A stretch of DNA of 64,000 nucleotides from an uncultured virus (IMG/VR IMGVR_UViG_3300050030_000093) (taxonomy: Duplodnaviria > Heunggongvirae > Uroviricota > Caudoviricetes), in the IMG/VR virus record IMGVR_UViG_3300050030_000093; one strand, given 5' to 3'. Below the pieces are notes generated by a model. That model saw only the letters and a list, made by a program, of their open reading frames with translations. It had not been told where the DNA came from and searched no databases. Positions 11,380 to 21,188 of this stretch are shown here, piece by piece. Positions within the stretch are counted from its first letter, which is position 1. Each line of letters begins with the position of its first letter. Position numbers and translations under genes: made by a program.

Positions 11380-11655
11380 TTATTTTGCTTTCAGCATTTG
11401 GTTTAATTCAGCTTTTATTTCCTTTGCTTTCGGTCCTCTCCAACTTGAAGCATTACCTAAGAAGTAAGCAACTATTGAACTTGCGCTGTCCATTATATAC
11501 CTGTCACTAATTTTGTCAAGACTTTCCATTGCCTCAAGGTATGGTTTTGCTGCATAATTTAAGTCAGTGCCACTGATTGATTTTTTCCAGTTCTGTCTGA
11601 TTTCCCTTGCAATTTCGTACAAAGGTCTTGCGGGTGTTTTAGTTTTTGTCGTCAT
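11380..11655 (-). CDS. conserved phage hypothetical protein
   Basis: 91-aa ORF, AKPYLEAM..YFLGNASSWRG. Confidence 0.7.
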   Translation of the reverse strand: MTTKTKTPARPLYEIAREIRQNWKKSISGTDLNYAAKPYLEAMESLDKISDRYIMDSASSIVAYFLGNASSWRGPKAKEIKAELNQMLKAK

Positions 11656-11788
11656 GGTACATTGTGTTTTGGTTAATACTGTATTTTTGTCTGTCTGTAT
11701 TCTTATACGTAATTTCCAGGAATTTGTTGCATTGCAGGCAATATATTTTCAGATTATTTGTACATTGCCCACAATATTATTTTGTACA

Positions 11789-12358
11789 TTACATAGTTGC
11801 ATATTCACGTTTTAATTGACCCTGCAATACTTCTCTTGCTCTCATTATTGCAACCTTAACAGTGTTCAAAGGTATTGACAACATGTCTGCAATTTCACTA
11901 TATTCTTTCTGATACATAAAATATTGTATTGCTATTTCTTTATAGGTTGGTTTAACCTTGTTGAAAGCTGTCATTATACTGTCTGCCAATTCATTGTTTT
12001 CAACAACTGCATCAGTACCCCTGCCGTTATCTTTAAATTCTAAAATTTCGTCACCGTTTTCGTTGGTGTAATCTGAAATATGTACTAAGTTGTTTTTGTT
12101 TTTGCGAATTTCATCAATTAACGTATTTCTTGCAATGGTATGCACCCATGTTGAAATACTTGATTTACTCGAATTAAATTTGCCATGCTCCAAACCTGTA
12201 TATACCTTAACAAATGTTTGGCTTATAACTTCATTCCTTAATTCCTCATCACTTGTTTTCGTCCGTAGGTATAATTCAATACGTGGCTTTTGTTCCTTGT
12301 AAACCTTATTAAAATCAATTGCACTGATTTCTGTTTGTGCTTTGGTTACTTCATTCAT
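11789..12358 (-). CDS. ECF-family RNA polymerase sigma factor
   Basis: Region 2 (SQTFVKVY..STWVHTIARNTLIDEIRK) and region 4 (YSEIADMLSIPLNTVKVAIMRAR). Confidence 0.9.
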   Translation of the reverse strand: MNEVTKAQTEISAIDFNKVYKEQKPRIELYLRTKTSDEELRNEVISQTFVKVYTGLEHGKFNSSKSSISTWVHTIARNTLIDEIRKNKNNLVHISDYTNENGDEILEFKDNGRGTDAVVENNELADSIMTAFNKVKPTYKEIAIQYFMYQKEYSEIADMLSIPLNTVKVAIMRAREVLQGQLKREYATM

Positions 12359-12397
12359 AGCTTTAAATATTGGTTAAACACTAAAAGTTTCGATTGT

Positions 12398-12428
12398 CAA
12401 ATATAGTAGTTAAACTGCAAATAACAAA
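12398..12428 (-). promoter_or_regulatory. Bacteroidota sigmaA promoter for the ECF sigma gene
   Basis: TTTG-N19-TATATTTG on minus strand, matching the -33/-7 consensus. Confidence 0.75.
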
Positions 12429-12588
12429 AAATGTTACAGTAAAAGCAATAAATCTTTGCAATTTATATTCATTCTAAATAAGCAGTGTATCAAAACATTT
12501 TTATGTATATCGAAACATTTTGCAACATTGTACGTATAAGAATACAGACAGACAATAAATAAAGAGTATAAACCCAAAAATAGATAAA

Positions 12589-13110
12589 ATGAAAAATCAG
12601 AAAAACATCAGTAAGCAGGAACTAATTGAAATGCTAAGAACTTGGAACTTTGGCGCACAGCCAGTTAGTTTGCAGTATGTAACTGAACCGAAATTAACCC
12701 CCGAAGGAAAAGCCAAATTTGGCAATGTAGTGAAAATTGCAAACGTTGGCGGTATGGTTGGGTACGTTTACGAAAATAGCGTTAATAATCAACTGGAACG
12801 TGAAAATAAAGAAAAAGATTTTGTTAGTCAACCTTTGTGGAAGGGTGCAGGTAAACGAATCAGTACAGCGTTAAGTATGCACGTGGGCAAAGGAACGTTT
12901 TACCTTACCTACAAGGCACAGCAGACTTTCAGAGCGTTACACTTTGACAGTGCGCTGAACTTCATACCGTCCGCAATAATTAAACAGTATTTTCCTAAGT
13001 CAGACCCCGCAAAATATCAGGGAACTGAAACAGCTATCTATCACAGGGAAATAGCAATCGAAAACGTTAAACGTCTGAAATTCCGCAAAACTACTTACGT
13101 AGTCATCTAA
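12589..13110 (+). CDS. hypothetical phage protein (173 aa)
   Basis: Plus-strand ORF behind ECF-type promoter at 12512-12539. Confidence 0.8.
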   Translation: MKNQKNISKQELIEMLRTWNFGAQPVSLQYVTEPKLTPEGKAKFGNVVKIANVGGMVGYVYENSVNNQLERENKEKDFVSQPLWKGAGKRISTALSMHVGKGTFYLTYKAQQTFRALHFDSALNFIPSAIIKQYFPKSDPAKYQGTETAIYHREIAIENVKRLKFRKTTYVVI

Positions 13111-13125
13111 CTAACGACATAGTTA

Positions 13126-13154
13126 ACAGGGTGCAGGTCGCACCCTGTTTTTTT
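13126..13154 (+). terminator. intrinsic terminator
   Basis: AACAGGGTGC-AGGTC-GCACCCTGTT plus T-run. Confidence 0.8.
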
Positions 13155-13379
13155 ATCTGATACCCTGCTATTTAGAATGGTTCTAAACAACGCCCCTCCC
13201 CCGTATCCCCCCCGCCTTAACCCCCTCTCCCCCAGGGGATTACAGGGGTGCGGGTGCTACAGAACCATCACCGAGAACCAAATTTTTTTAGTAAATTTTT
13301 TTGGTTTAAAAACTAAAATTCTGAGTATCAGTAAATTGGGTCAATATTTAATGGTCTGAATTTTTTCTATATAAAATTT

Positions 13380-13788
13380 TTATTTTGCCAAAAGTTGGTC
13401 TACAAATATTTTGCTTAATTTCATATCAATTGACCATTCTAAAACGTTGTGAACCAAATCATCATATGTTAAACGTAATAGATGAATATTATTTTTTTCA
13501 CAATATTCATTTTTCATTTTATCATGTTTTTGAATTCTCTCAAAACCACCATTTTTACCGAACTTTTCAGTGTTTCTGTAATGCTGGTCGCCATCAAATT
13601 CAATAATCAAATTATACTCAGGCAAGTAAAAATCAAATGGCAAAGGCATTTTATCTCTACAATCTGCGAATCTTTTTTGCCATACAAAGTCCAAGTTTTT
13701 TCTTTTAAGATGTTCATCGATTTTCTTTTCACCCAAAGACATATTGGTTTTAGAATTAGTACCGAAGAAATCACAATATGAAATCCAA
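13380..13788 (-). pseudogene. 3' part of endonuclease gene (Vsr/DUF559-like domain) interrupted by IS607
   Basis: SLGEKKI..LPFDFYLPEYNLIIEFDGDQH..KNEYC..I.LLR; frame open up to the IS end. Confidence 0.75.
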
Positions 13789-13791
13789 CCG

Positions 13792-14967
13792 TTATATAAA
13801 ACTTACACAATGTTGAACATTGTTGTTTACTTCCTGATTCACAGCACCATCAAACTCAAAAGAGTTTAATTGTTTGGGCACTCCACAGGCTGATTCGGCA
13901 TAACTTGCCGACTTATTTTTTAAATTAATTGCAGCATTTAAATCTCTGTCAATTAATAATCCACAATTCTCACAAACATAGGTTCGTTCAGATAGTTTCA
14001 ATTCTTTTTTAACATTACCGCATCCACTACAAGTCTTTGAACTTGGATAAAATCTATCAACAACTGTCACTGTACTGCCGTACCATTGACATTTATATTC
14101 TAATTGTCTTCTGAACTCTGAAAATCCACCATCCAATATGGCTGATGCTAATTTGTGATTTTTACTCATACCATTTACATTCAAATCTTCAATACATATT
14201 TCAGTGTGGTTTTTACTTAAATATGTTGTCAATTTATGTAATGTATCTTTACGAATATTAGCAATTCTATAATGTAGTTTTGCTACTTTTAATACTGCTT
14301 TTTTACGATTTTGACTACCTTTCTGTTTTTTACTTAATCTTCTTTGTAATATTTTTAATTTCCGTTTGTTTCGTTTATATGGTTTAACTGCTTCAAATAC
14401 TTTACCATCTGACAATACTGCAAGTGTTTTAATACCTAAATCAACACCGACAATATCATTCATCTTATTAGTAATCTGTGGTTCAAATGGTATTTTAAAA
14501 GCAATAAACCATTGATTAGCAGTTTTACTTATAACAACATTTTTGACTTCACATTCTGGTAATATTTCAGAACATCTCAACCAACCAAACTTAGGCACTT
14601 TAATTTTATTACTATCTATTTTAATAGCACCTTCCAAGTAAAATCTATCATGTTGACCTTTCTTTTTGAATTTTGGATATTTACTTCCTTTGACTTTAAA
14701 TATTCTTTTATATGCTTCATCAAGATTTCTTAATCCTTGTTGTGGACTGCACTTGGATACTTCATACAACCAAGACTTAATAGTTTTTTCTTCTTTAACA
14801 AATTTCTTATGTAAATCAATTGCTGTTGGTCTGTGCTCCTTATTTTGTATTGCCAAATCACAGACAGATTTTCCCCAATTATAAGCATATCTTGCCACTC
14901 CTGCGTGTTTATTAGCAAGTGTAGTCTGCTTATTGTTTAGTTCTAATCTTACCTTAATTGACTTCAT
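13792..14967 (-). CDS. tnpB: TnpB RNA-guided endonuclease (IS607)
   Basis: VGVDLGIK, ICIEDLNV, SSKTCSGCG..CENCG..DRDLNAA. Confidence 0.95.
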   Translation of the reverse strand: MKSIKVRLELNNKQTTLANKHAGVARYAYNWGKSVCDLAIQNKEHRPTAIDLHKKFVKEEKTIKSWLYEVSKCSPQQGLRNLDEAYKRIFKVKGSKYPKFKKKGQHDRFYLEGAIKIDSNKIKVPKFGWLRCSEILPECEVKNVVISKTANQWFIAFKIPFEPQITNKMNDIVGVDLGIKTLAVLSDGKVFEAVKPYKRNKRKLKILQRRLSKKQKGSQNRKKAVLKVAKLHYRIANIRKDTLHKLTTYLSKNHTEICIEDLNVNGMSKNHKLASAILDGGFSEFRRQLEYKCQWYGSTVTVVDRFYPSSKTCSGCGNVKKELKLSERTYVCENCGLLIDRDLNAAINLKNKSASYAESACGVPKQLNSFEFDGAVNQEVNNNVQHCVSFI

Positions 14968-15569
14968 TTCAAATCTTTGGCTACCTGTTTTAATTGTTGT
15001 ATTATCTGTTTATTTTTATGGCTTCGACTTCCATATAATCTTGCACTGAAGACAGTTATAATTTCCAAAACATCGTTGGCTAAATCTTCTTCAAAGGTGC
15101 TATCTTCACTCCTATTAATTATACAAACTTCAACAGCAAAGATTTCGCAAAGCATAAAAATTAACTCACTTCCAAATCTTAGTAATCTGTCTTTATGTGT
15201 GATTACCAATCTATCAATTTGATTACTGCAAATTAATTTTATTAATCTTACAAGTCCTTTTTTCTTGTAGTTCATTCCAGAACCTAAATCAGAAATTAAT
15301 TCAAATTCAAATCCTTTACTCGCACAATAACTTTCCAATACCAATTCTTGTCGTTTTAAATCATCTTTCTGGTCATAACTTGATACTCTGGCATAAGCAA
15401 TTGTTAATAGTTTGTCTCCACGACTACCGATAAGTTCTGAAACTACATATCTTCTATGTTGACCTTCAGTCCTATGACTCATTATTTTACCGTTTTTCTC
15501 CCATAATCTTAATGTTTTGGGAGTAATTCCAAGTAATTCTGCTGCTTCTTTTATTCCAATCATATACAT
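14964..15569 (-). CDS. tnpA: IS607 serine transposase (MerR-like HTH plus resolvase)
   Basis: AAELLGI..TLRLWE; YARVSS; DLGSG; DRLLRFG; FSARLYG. Confidence 0.95.
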   Translation of the reverse strand: MYMIGIKEAAELLGITPKTLRLWEKNGKIMSHRTEGQHRRYVVSELIGSRGDKLLTIAYARVSSYDQKDDLKRQELVLESYCASKGFEFELISDLGSGMNYKKKGLVRLIKLICSNQIDRLVITHKDRLLRFGSELIFMLCEIFAVEVCIINRSEDSTFEEDLANDVLEIITVFSARLYGSRSHKNKQIIQQLKQVAKDLK

Positions 15570-15639
15570 AACACTACAAAAACTATACCAAAGTTTATAT
15601 TTGTATAATATTGTTCTATATTTTAGTTACTATTTATAA

Positions 15640-16181
15640 CCCTTAAATAATTTTCTGTATTTGCCCATTGACACGTCACCGTGAATATCACAGACATAAT
15701 AATCTTTACCGTCAACAATTTTATAATTTAACGACTGTTCTTTTTTATGTGGATAACAAGTAGGACATTTACCTGTGCCTCTTAAATGACTTTCTGCTCT
15801 AACCTTAAATTTACCATGTTTTTTACAGATAGCAGTAAATGGTGTTTCCAAATTAACATATCCTTCATACTCATATTCATTATTATGTGCAACTCTAAAT
15901 CTTTTCAGCATTTCATTCTTAATGCTCTCAAAATATTCTGTTCTACACATAGGGCAACTACCCACAATTGGATTTTTCTTAGGTCCACCATTTCTTTCAG
16001 TTCTTCTAAGTAAAACTTCTGCAATTATAGTAATATTATATTTATGCTTCACACAAGTTACTGTAACAGGATTTCCACTACCATTAAAAATGGTTTTCTC
16101 AAACGTATATATGTCACCGTGATTTTCTTTTACAATTTTAATAAAATCTTCTGTTGAATATTGATATCTTCCTTTTGGCAT
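15640..16181 (-). pseudogene. 5' part of endonuclease gene (C..HG zinc repeats) interrupted by IS607
   Basis: C..HG.F..HL.G..CP.C repeats like those in 48003-48707; truncated at the IS boundary. Confidence 0.75.
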
Positions 16182-16223
16182 ATGACAAAGATAATATATA
16201 TGTGGAAATATTGCAAGAATTTT

Positions 16224-17234
16224 TTATTTTTCGAATCTATTCTTGACAAATCCCTGCATAGGTTCACTCAGGACCTTAGTAGGTTTATAGGGTTTTTGGT
16301 AGATTTTCTCAGCGAAGTCCGTGAGAGCAGTAGCAATGCCCAATCTTTGGTACTCTGCCATAACCTTTATACTCTGTGACGTTTCATAGCCAGTAAAATA
16401 GTCTTTATTGTCATCATCGAATACCGCTATGCCTACAACTTTACCATCTAAGGTGCTGGCTTTAAACACATCTTGATTAATACTCTTTGAAATTATGTAT
16501 TGTTTTCCGTCTTTTGCTCGGAAGAGTTTCATATGACTACGGTTTGCTTCGTCACTAAACTTTCGTAGTTTGAGTTTTTGGAAGAGTTCTTCTGGTACAT
16601 CAGAGAATATAGTCTTGGATTTTTCTATATTACCTGTTTCTTTTATATTACCTGTTTCTTTGTCTGTTTCTTCCAAGAAGTTCTTGCCCTTCTGAAAGTC
16701 TTTGTAGAACTTCCCTATTTGTTGTATCATCTGTGGAGTAGTAATGTCTATTACACCTTCAAATTTCAAGTTTTTTTGGTTAAAGATATAAATACTCTCT
16801 ATGTCCTGTCTTTCTTTAAGTCTAATGCCAAGAAATCCCAAGTGTATGAACAGGTCTTCCGGCATGTCAAATTCATCCGTTGATACATATGAGAGTGCTG
16901 CCCAATCTAATTCCTGGTCAGGTCCTGAATCAGACCTCATATGTAGGATTGTTTGTACGTCTAAGTATTTACTCAGTAAATTTCTATGTTCGGCATTACG
17001 AATACTAAAAAGTTTGTCATTACTGAAAGGAATTGTGTATGTATATAGTTCTTTGCCGTCTGAATAGCCACTGGCATAGCCTAAGTTGTCTGTAATGAAG
17101 ATATAATCTCCAGTGTATGGTCTGTTGCCAAGTTGTCTGCCGTGGTAGTATAGCTTCTTATTAAAGCCAGTATTAGCATTGCTTGTTTCTGCAAACCTCT
17201 GAATCTCATCACCGATTATTTCCTTGATATTCAT
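16224..17234 (-). CDS. two-domain protein: ADP-ribosyltransferase-like N-terminus plus GNAT-like C-terminus
   Basis: YYHG..IFITDNLGYASGY; V.AEYQRLGIATAL. Confidence 0.5.
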   Translation of the reverse strand: MNIKEIIGDEIQRFAETSNANTGFNKKLYYHGRQLGNRPYTGDYIFITDNLGYASGYSDGKELYTYTIPFSNDKLFSIRNAEHRNLLSKYLDVQTILHMRSDSGPDQELDWAALSYVSTDEFDMPEDLFIHLGFLGIRLKERQDIESIYIFNQKNLKFEGVIDITTPQMIQQIGKFYKDFQKGKNFLEETDKETGNIKETGNIEKSKTIFSDVPEELFQKLKLRKFSDEANRSHMKLFRAKDGKQYIISKSINQDVFKASTLDGKVVGIAVFDDDNKDYFTGYETSQSIKVMAEYQRLGIATALTDFAEKIYQKPYKPTKVLSEPMQGFVKNRFEK

Positions 17235-17315
17235 ATATTTTATTACTAATTATTACTAATCATTCATAAATTAGTAATGTTACGCTTTCAAGCGTTACGC
17301 TTTATTGTATAATAC

Positions 17316-19949
17316 TTATTGTATAATGCTTTTACTGTCAAATACCACGTAGTTTCTTGAGTCTGGCTCCCAACGGTCCAACATAGTATTGCCAATATAA
17401 CCCAAACTTTCTAAGAATTTTGATGCCTGTTGTTCTCCACCAAGTACAAAACTTAACCAGTCATATGCTTGTTTACCATTGGTGTCGTAATTATCTACGT
17501 AAGTCTCTTGAAATTCATCCAAATCTTTTTGGTCAATGCCCTGTCTGTTTAAACCTTGCAATATTCTCTGTCCGTTTTCTAAGGGCAAATCCAAGTCAAA
17601 ATAATTTCCGCTACGTATTTCGTGTTGTTTTAACTGACCTTTTGGTAAATAATAACGTTTGCTTACCTCTGGGTTCTCCGAGAAGTATATTCCCCAACCG
17701 CCTAAAGATTTTCCATCACCAGTACCGACCCTATTCATGTCAAATCTGTCGAACTTTTCTGTTGAGCCATGCCAAACGTCTATGCCTTCCTGCAAGTTTT
17801 CACCCCAACCTTCAAATACCAATTCATTATTATTATCATTATTTATGGTTTGTTCATCCATAACTACGTCCTTGCAGAGAATATTATCATCGTTGTTATT
17901 TACGATGTCTTTCTTTTCATCGCCTGCTTCTGTAGGTTCTACGTTTGCTTCAGCAATCTTTCCTGTTTCATTACCATTATCTATCTTGCCAGTTTCATTA
18001 CTATTGTCAATTGTACCATTTTCATTATTTTCATTAACACTTTGTTCTTTCATATTCGAATATATTGGATAGTTTTTGGGTCTTGTATCATAAATATCGT
18101 TATCGTTGTTATTGTTGTTTGGTGCATCGTTATAGTTTTGCAAGTCTGAGTTATTCATATTATGTTCTTGGTCATAACGGATATTCAGTACTTCGTGCCA
18201 ATACTGAGGGATATAGTTGAATTGTGGATTTTTTGATTTAACTGCCTTTATTAGTTTATCTCTTGTTGGGTGATTTTCTGGTTCTTTATTAAAATCCATA
18301 TAACTGACACTAAATCCGAAATCATTAGACCTTCCTATTCTATGCCAGGTAATGCAATCTTCTCCGTCATATGCATTGCCAATAAATTCATTATATATGT
18401 CTTGTCCTTCAGCAACATTAGTTATGTCTGCATGATAAATGTCAGCATCGGCTTGTGCAACAAATAAATCTCCAATAGTATTACTTACGGCTTTTACATC
18501 ATCTTCAAAGCTATCAAGACTTCGGGGATTTAAGAATATATTTGTACCGTTTCTTGCCTTACTATAACTTGTTGCGGGTCTACCGTCAGTATTTCCTACC
18601 AATAGTCCTTTGGGGTCATCAGGTTTTTCTTGTTGTCCCATTGCTTGCGTAGCTTGGCGGTCTTGTTCTTTTGATTGGTCGGGAATATTGAATTGTTTTT
18701 CTCCGTACTTATCTGCTACACCTTCTTTTTGAAGACCTGATGCTGTACCCACAGGTGAAGAATCACTTTTATCATAAACATCATCATAATATTCATTATG
18801 AAAATTGTATTGTGGATTTTTTTGTTTTGTCTTCAATAAGATTTTTTCGCCTGATTCTCTTTGGTCTTCATCTTTTTGAACATAATCATTGCTTATATCT
18901 GATAATCCGAAGTCATTACTGTCTGCTATTCTTTGTAGTAATGCATATTTATTCAGATTTTCATATACACCGCCAAATCCAAATTGCCATACGCCTTCTC
19001 CCGGAAATAAAACATTTCCCATTTTGCCATGATTAAAGCTACTATCTTCTTGTGCAACGTATAAATCTCCTTTATAATCTGCAATTGCTCTGACGTTAGC
19101 ACCAAAATTTTCTAATGACCTGGGATTTTTATATATAGGTGTATTGTCAACTTTGGCATAGGGTTTCTCCACGTCTTTTTGTATTTCGCCTTTTGCTTGT
19201 ATATCTTGTTGTACATTAGGGTCGGGAATATTGAATTGTCGTTCTGCATATTTATCTGCTACACCTTCTTCTGCTAAATTACTTGCTTGATTAGGCTGGT
19301 TTACTTGGTTGGGTTGTTTAGGTTTTTGCGGAACTAAGTATCTGAATTGTGAATTTTTTCTTTTAAGTACATCCAAGTATTTTGCTTCAGTTTTTTTGTC
19401 AAATTGATTGTTGGTTGTATATGTTACGGACCATCCGAAAATATTCGAACTGCCTTGCCTATACCATTCCATATAACCAGTTCCTGAGTTTCCATATTTA
19501 CTTTTCATTATTACCCTTTTCAATTCATCGTGAGAGAATCTGCCATCACGTTCTGCAACAAACATATTGCCATTTATATCTGAGATTGCTCTGGCTTGTT
19601 TTTGAAAGCCTTCTAAATTACGGGGATTTGCAAATACTCTAACTTTTTGTGCGCCATTATTATTTTCTTCTTTAACATCGCCAACATATTCTCCCATAGT
19701 ATTGTTGGCTTGCATTGCTTTTGTTGCTTGATAGTCTTGTTCTGCACTGCTATCGGGTATATTGAATTGTCTTTCTGCATATTTATCAGCTATACCTTCT
19801 GAAGGTATAAGATTTTCAACAGTATTTTTATCTAAAGCCTTGCTTTCGGTGAGTGATTCTAACTCGCTGATTATAGATTCTTTAATGTCGTCTTTATTTA
19901 TGTTATAAAGTTCTCGAATGATTCCACCTATGATTTTATCTACAGCCAT
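17316..19949 (-). CDS. polyvalent protein: three internal repeats plus C-terminal ART-like domain
   Basis: EG(I/V)ADKY.E.QFNIPD..NPR.L..F repeated three times; VWHGS..FD.F...GTG.G....GWGIYFSEN. Confidence 0.65.
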   Translation of the reverse strand: MAVDKIIGGIIRELYNINKDDIKESIISELESLTESKALDKNTVENLIPSEGIADKYAERQFNIPDSSAEQDYQATKAMQANNTMGEYVGDVKEENNNGAQKVRVFANPRNLEGFQKQARAISDINGNMFVAERDGRFSHDELKRVIMKSKYGNSGTGYMEWYRQGSSNIFGWSVTYTTNNQFDKKTEAKYLDVLKRKNSQFRYLVPQKPKQPNQVNQPNQASNLAEEGVADKYAERQFNIPDPNVQQDIQAKGEIQKDVEKPYAKVDNTPIYKNPRSLENFGANVRAIADYKGDLYVAQEDSSFNHGKMGNVLFPGEGVWQFGFGGVYENLNKYALLQRIADSNDFGLSDISNDYVQKDEDQRESGEKILLKTKQKNPQYNFHNEYYDDVYDKSDSSPVGTASGLQKEGVADKYGEKQFNIPDQSKEQDRQATQAMGQQEKPDDPKGLLVGNTDGRPATSYSKARNGTNIFLNPRSLDSFEDDVKAVSNTIGDLFVAQADADIYHADITNVAEGQDIYNEFIGNAYDGEDCITWHRIGRSNDFGFSVSYMDFNKEPENHPTRDKLIKAVKSKNPQFNYIPQYWHEVLNIRYDQEHNMNNSDLQNYNDAPNNNNNDNDIYDTRPKNYPIYSNMKEQSVNENNENGTIDNSNETGKIDNGNETGKIAEANVEPTEAGDEKKDIVNNNDDNILCKDVVMDEQTINNDNNNELVFEGWGENLQEGIDVWHGSTEKFDRFDMNRVGTGDGKSLGGWGIYFSENPEVSKRYYLPKGQLKQHEIRSGNYFDLDLPLENGQRILQGLNRQGIDQKDLDEFQETYVDNYDTNGKQAYDWLSFVLGGEQQASKFLESLGYIGNTMLDRWEPDSRNYVVFDSKSIIQ

Positions 19950-19983
19950 TTAGCCAAATATTAGTTTAATATTAGTTGTTTTA

Positions 19984-20847
19984 TCAATAAATACTATCTA
20001 TAGGGGTTAAAGTTTGGCTTTTAAGTCTATGGTAGTAATACTTTGGTTTGAGTATTTCCTGGAAGTTTGGTGGTCTGTCGGAAAGTATGAGCATCAAGCC
20101 TCTTTTAACATTTCCATCCTTTAATATACAACTATCCAAATATTGGCTTAATGTCCTTGATGAATATACGTATTGATATTCATAATTTTTTTTTGGGTTT
20201 AAGAGGTCTGCTTTGGTTTGTGGAATACTGATGTTATTAAATATTGGGCATAAATGAAATTTTTGTATTATATATTCGCAGAAGCCTTCTTCTATGAACT
20301 TTTCTCCGTATTGTAATTCTTGATTGGGAAACATTGTAATGTTTTGTATATAGTACTGATTGACTTTCAAATGTTTAACCCTTGTCATTTCAAGTATTAC
20401 TTGAGTAAAATAATAATGGCTGATTTCGTGAAAGATTGTTGCTTTAAGGAAGTTATCGTTTTCGTTATACATATATTTCAAACTATCGTAGTATTCGAAT
20501 GCCCGGTATCTTTCATTATTGCTTACGACTATTTCACAACTTGAATTCAGGCTAATATCGTTATATGCCAAAGGAGCAGTTTTGTCTTTAGCAGTTTCAG
20601 TACTGAAATAAATGTCGTTATAGATTGAGTCTTTTATAAGGGTTTGGTATTCAGCAATAAAATGTTTTTGATTAATAGGGGAATTAATGTACATATTTAT
20701 TCCCAAGGTTGTAGGAATGCCATTGGAATACTGTAATTTGTATTTATGCCGTTGTTGTTGTGAATAATTAATATCGGTGTATTGTATATTAATTGCATAT
20801 AGGCAGATAATAAATATCCATAAGGTCCTTTGCATAGAATTTTTCAT
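19984..20847 (-). CDS. exported HExxH metallopeptidase-like protein
   Basis: Hydrophobic N-terminus; FHEISH and downstream EEGFCEY. Confidence 0.5.
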   Translation of the reverse strand: MKNSMQRTLWIFIICLYAINIQYTDINYSQQQRHKYKLQYSNGIPTTLGINMYINSPINQKHFIAEYQTLIKDSIYNDIYFSTETAKDKTAPLAYNDISLNSSCEIVVSNNERYRAFEYYDSLKYMYNENDNFLKATIFHEISHYYFTQVILEMTRVKHLKVNQYYIQNITMFPNQELQYGEKFIEEGFCEYIIQKFHLCPIFNNISIPQTKADLLNPKKNYEYQYVYSSRTLSQYLDSCILKDGNVKRGLMLILSDRPPNFQEILKPKYYYHRLKSQTLTPIDSIY

Positions 20848-20864
20848 AGGAGACCATTATATAG

Positions 20865-21152
20865 TTATTCTACCCTATCATCCCGCAGTAATTCTATTTG
20901 TCGTAATTCTTCGAATATTTTGTCAACGGTTGATTTTTTGTGAATCCATTCACAGTTTGAACAATCCCAGATAGGATTATTATTATTATTATTGAGATTT
21001 ATGATGTATCTGCTGATGTACCTGCCTCTTTTTAAATTTTCACAGGCATAGAAAGGACAATAACAGAATGTGCAATCTTCTAAATTTTTGTGGCATGGAT
21101 AGAATTTGCATGCTTTATTTAGTCTGTAATTATTATCATTTATTTCCGGCAT
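20865..21152 (-). CDS. cysteine-rich small-domain protein
   Basis: CKFYPCH..CTFCYCPFYAC..WDCSNC..IH. Confidence 0.7.
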   Translation of the reverse strand: MPEINDNNYRLNKACKFYPCHKNLEDCTFCYCPFYACENLKRGRYISRYIINLNNNNNNPIWDCSNCEWIHKKSTVDKIFEELRQIELLRDDRVE

Positions 21153-21188
21153 ATTATAATTTTTTATAAATCGAAAGGCAACGTAACA

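Larger units (their letters stand above)
13789..15639 (-). mobile_element. IS607-family insertion sequence
   Basis: Serine-recombinase tnpA overlapping tnpB; GG at both junctions. Confidence 0.9.

Noticed and set aside
13789..15639. IStron (group I intron-IS607 hybrid)
   Set aside because: Only about 70 nt lie between the left end and tnpA, leaving no room for an intron core.
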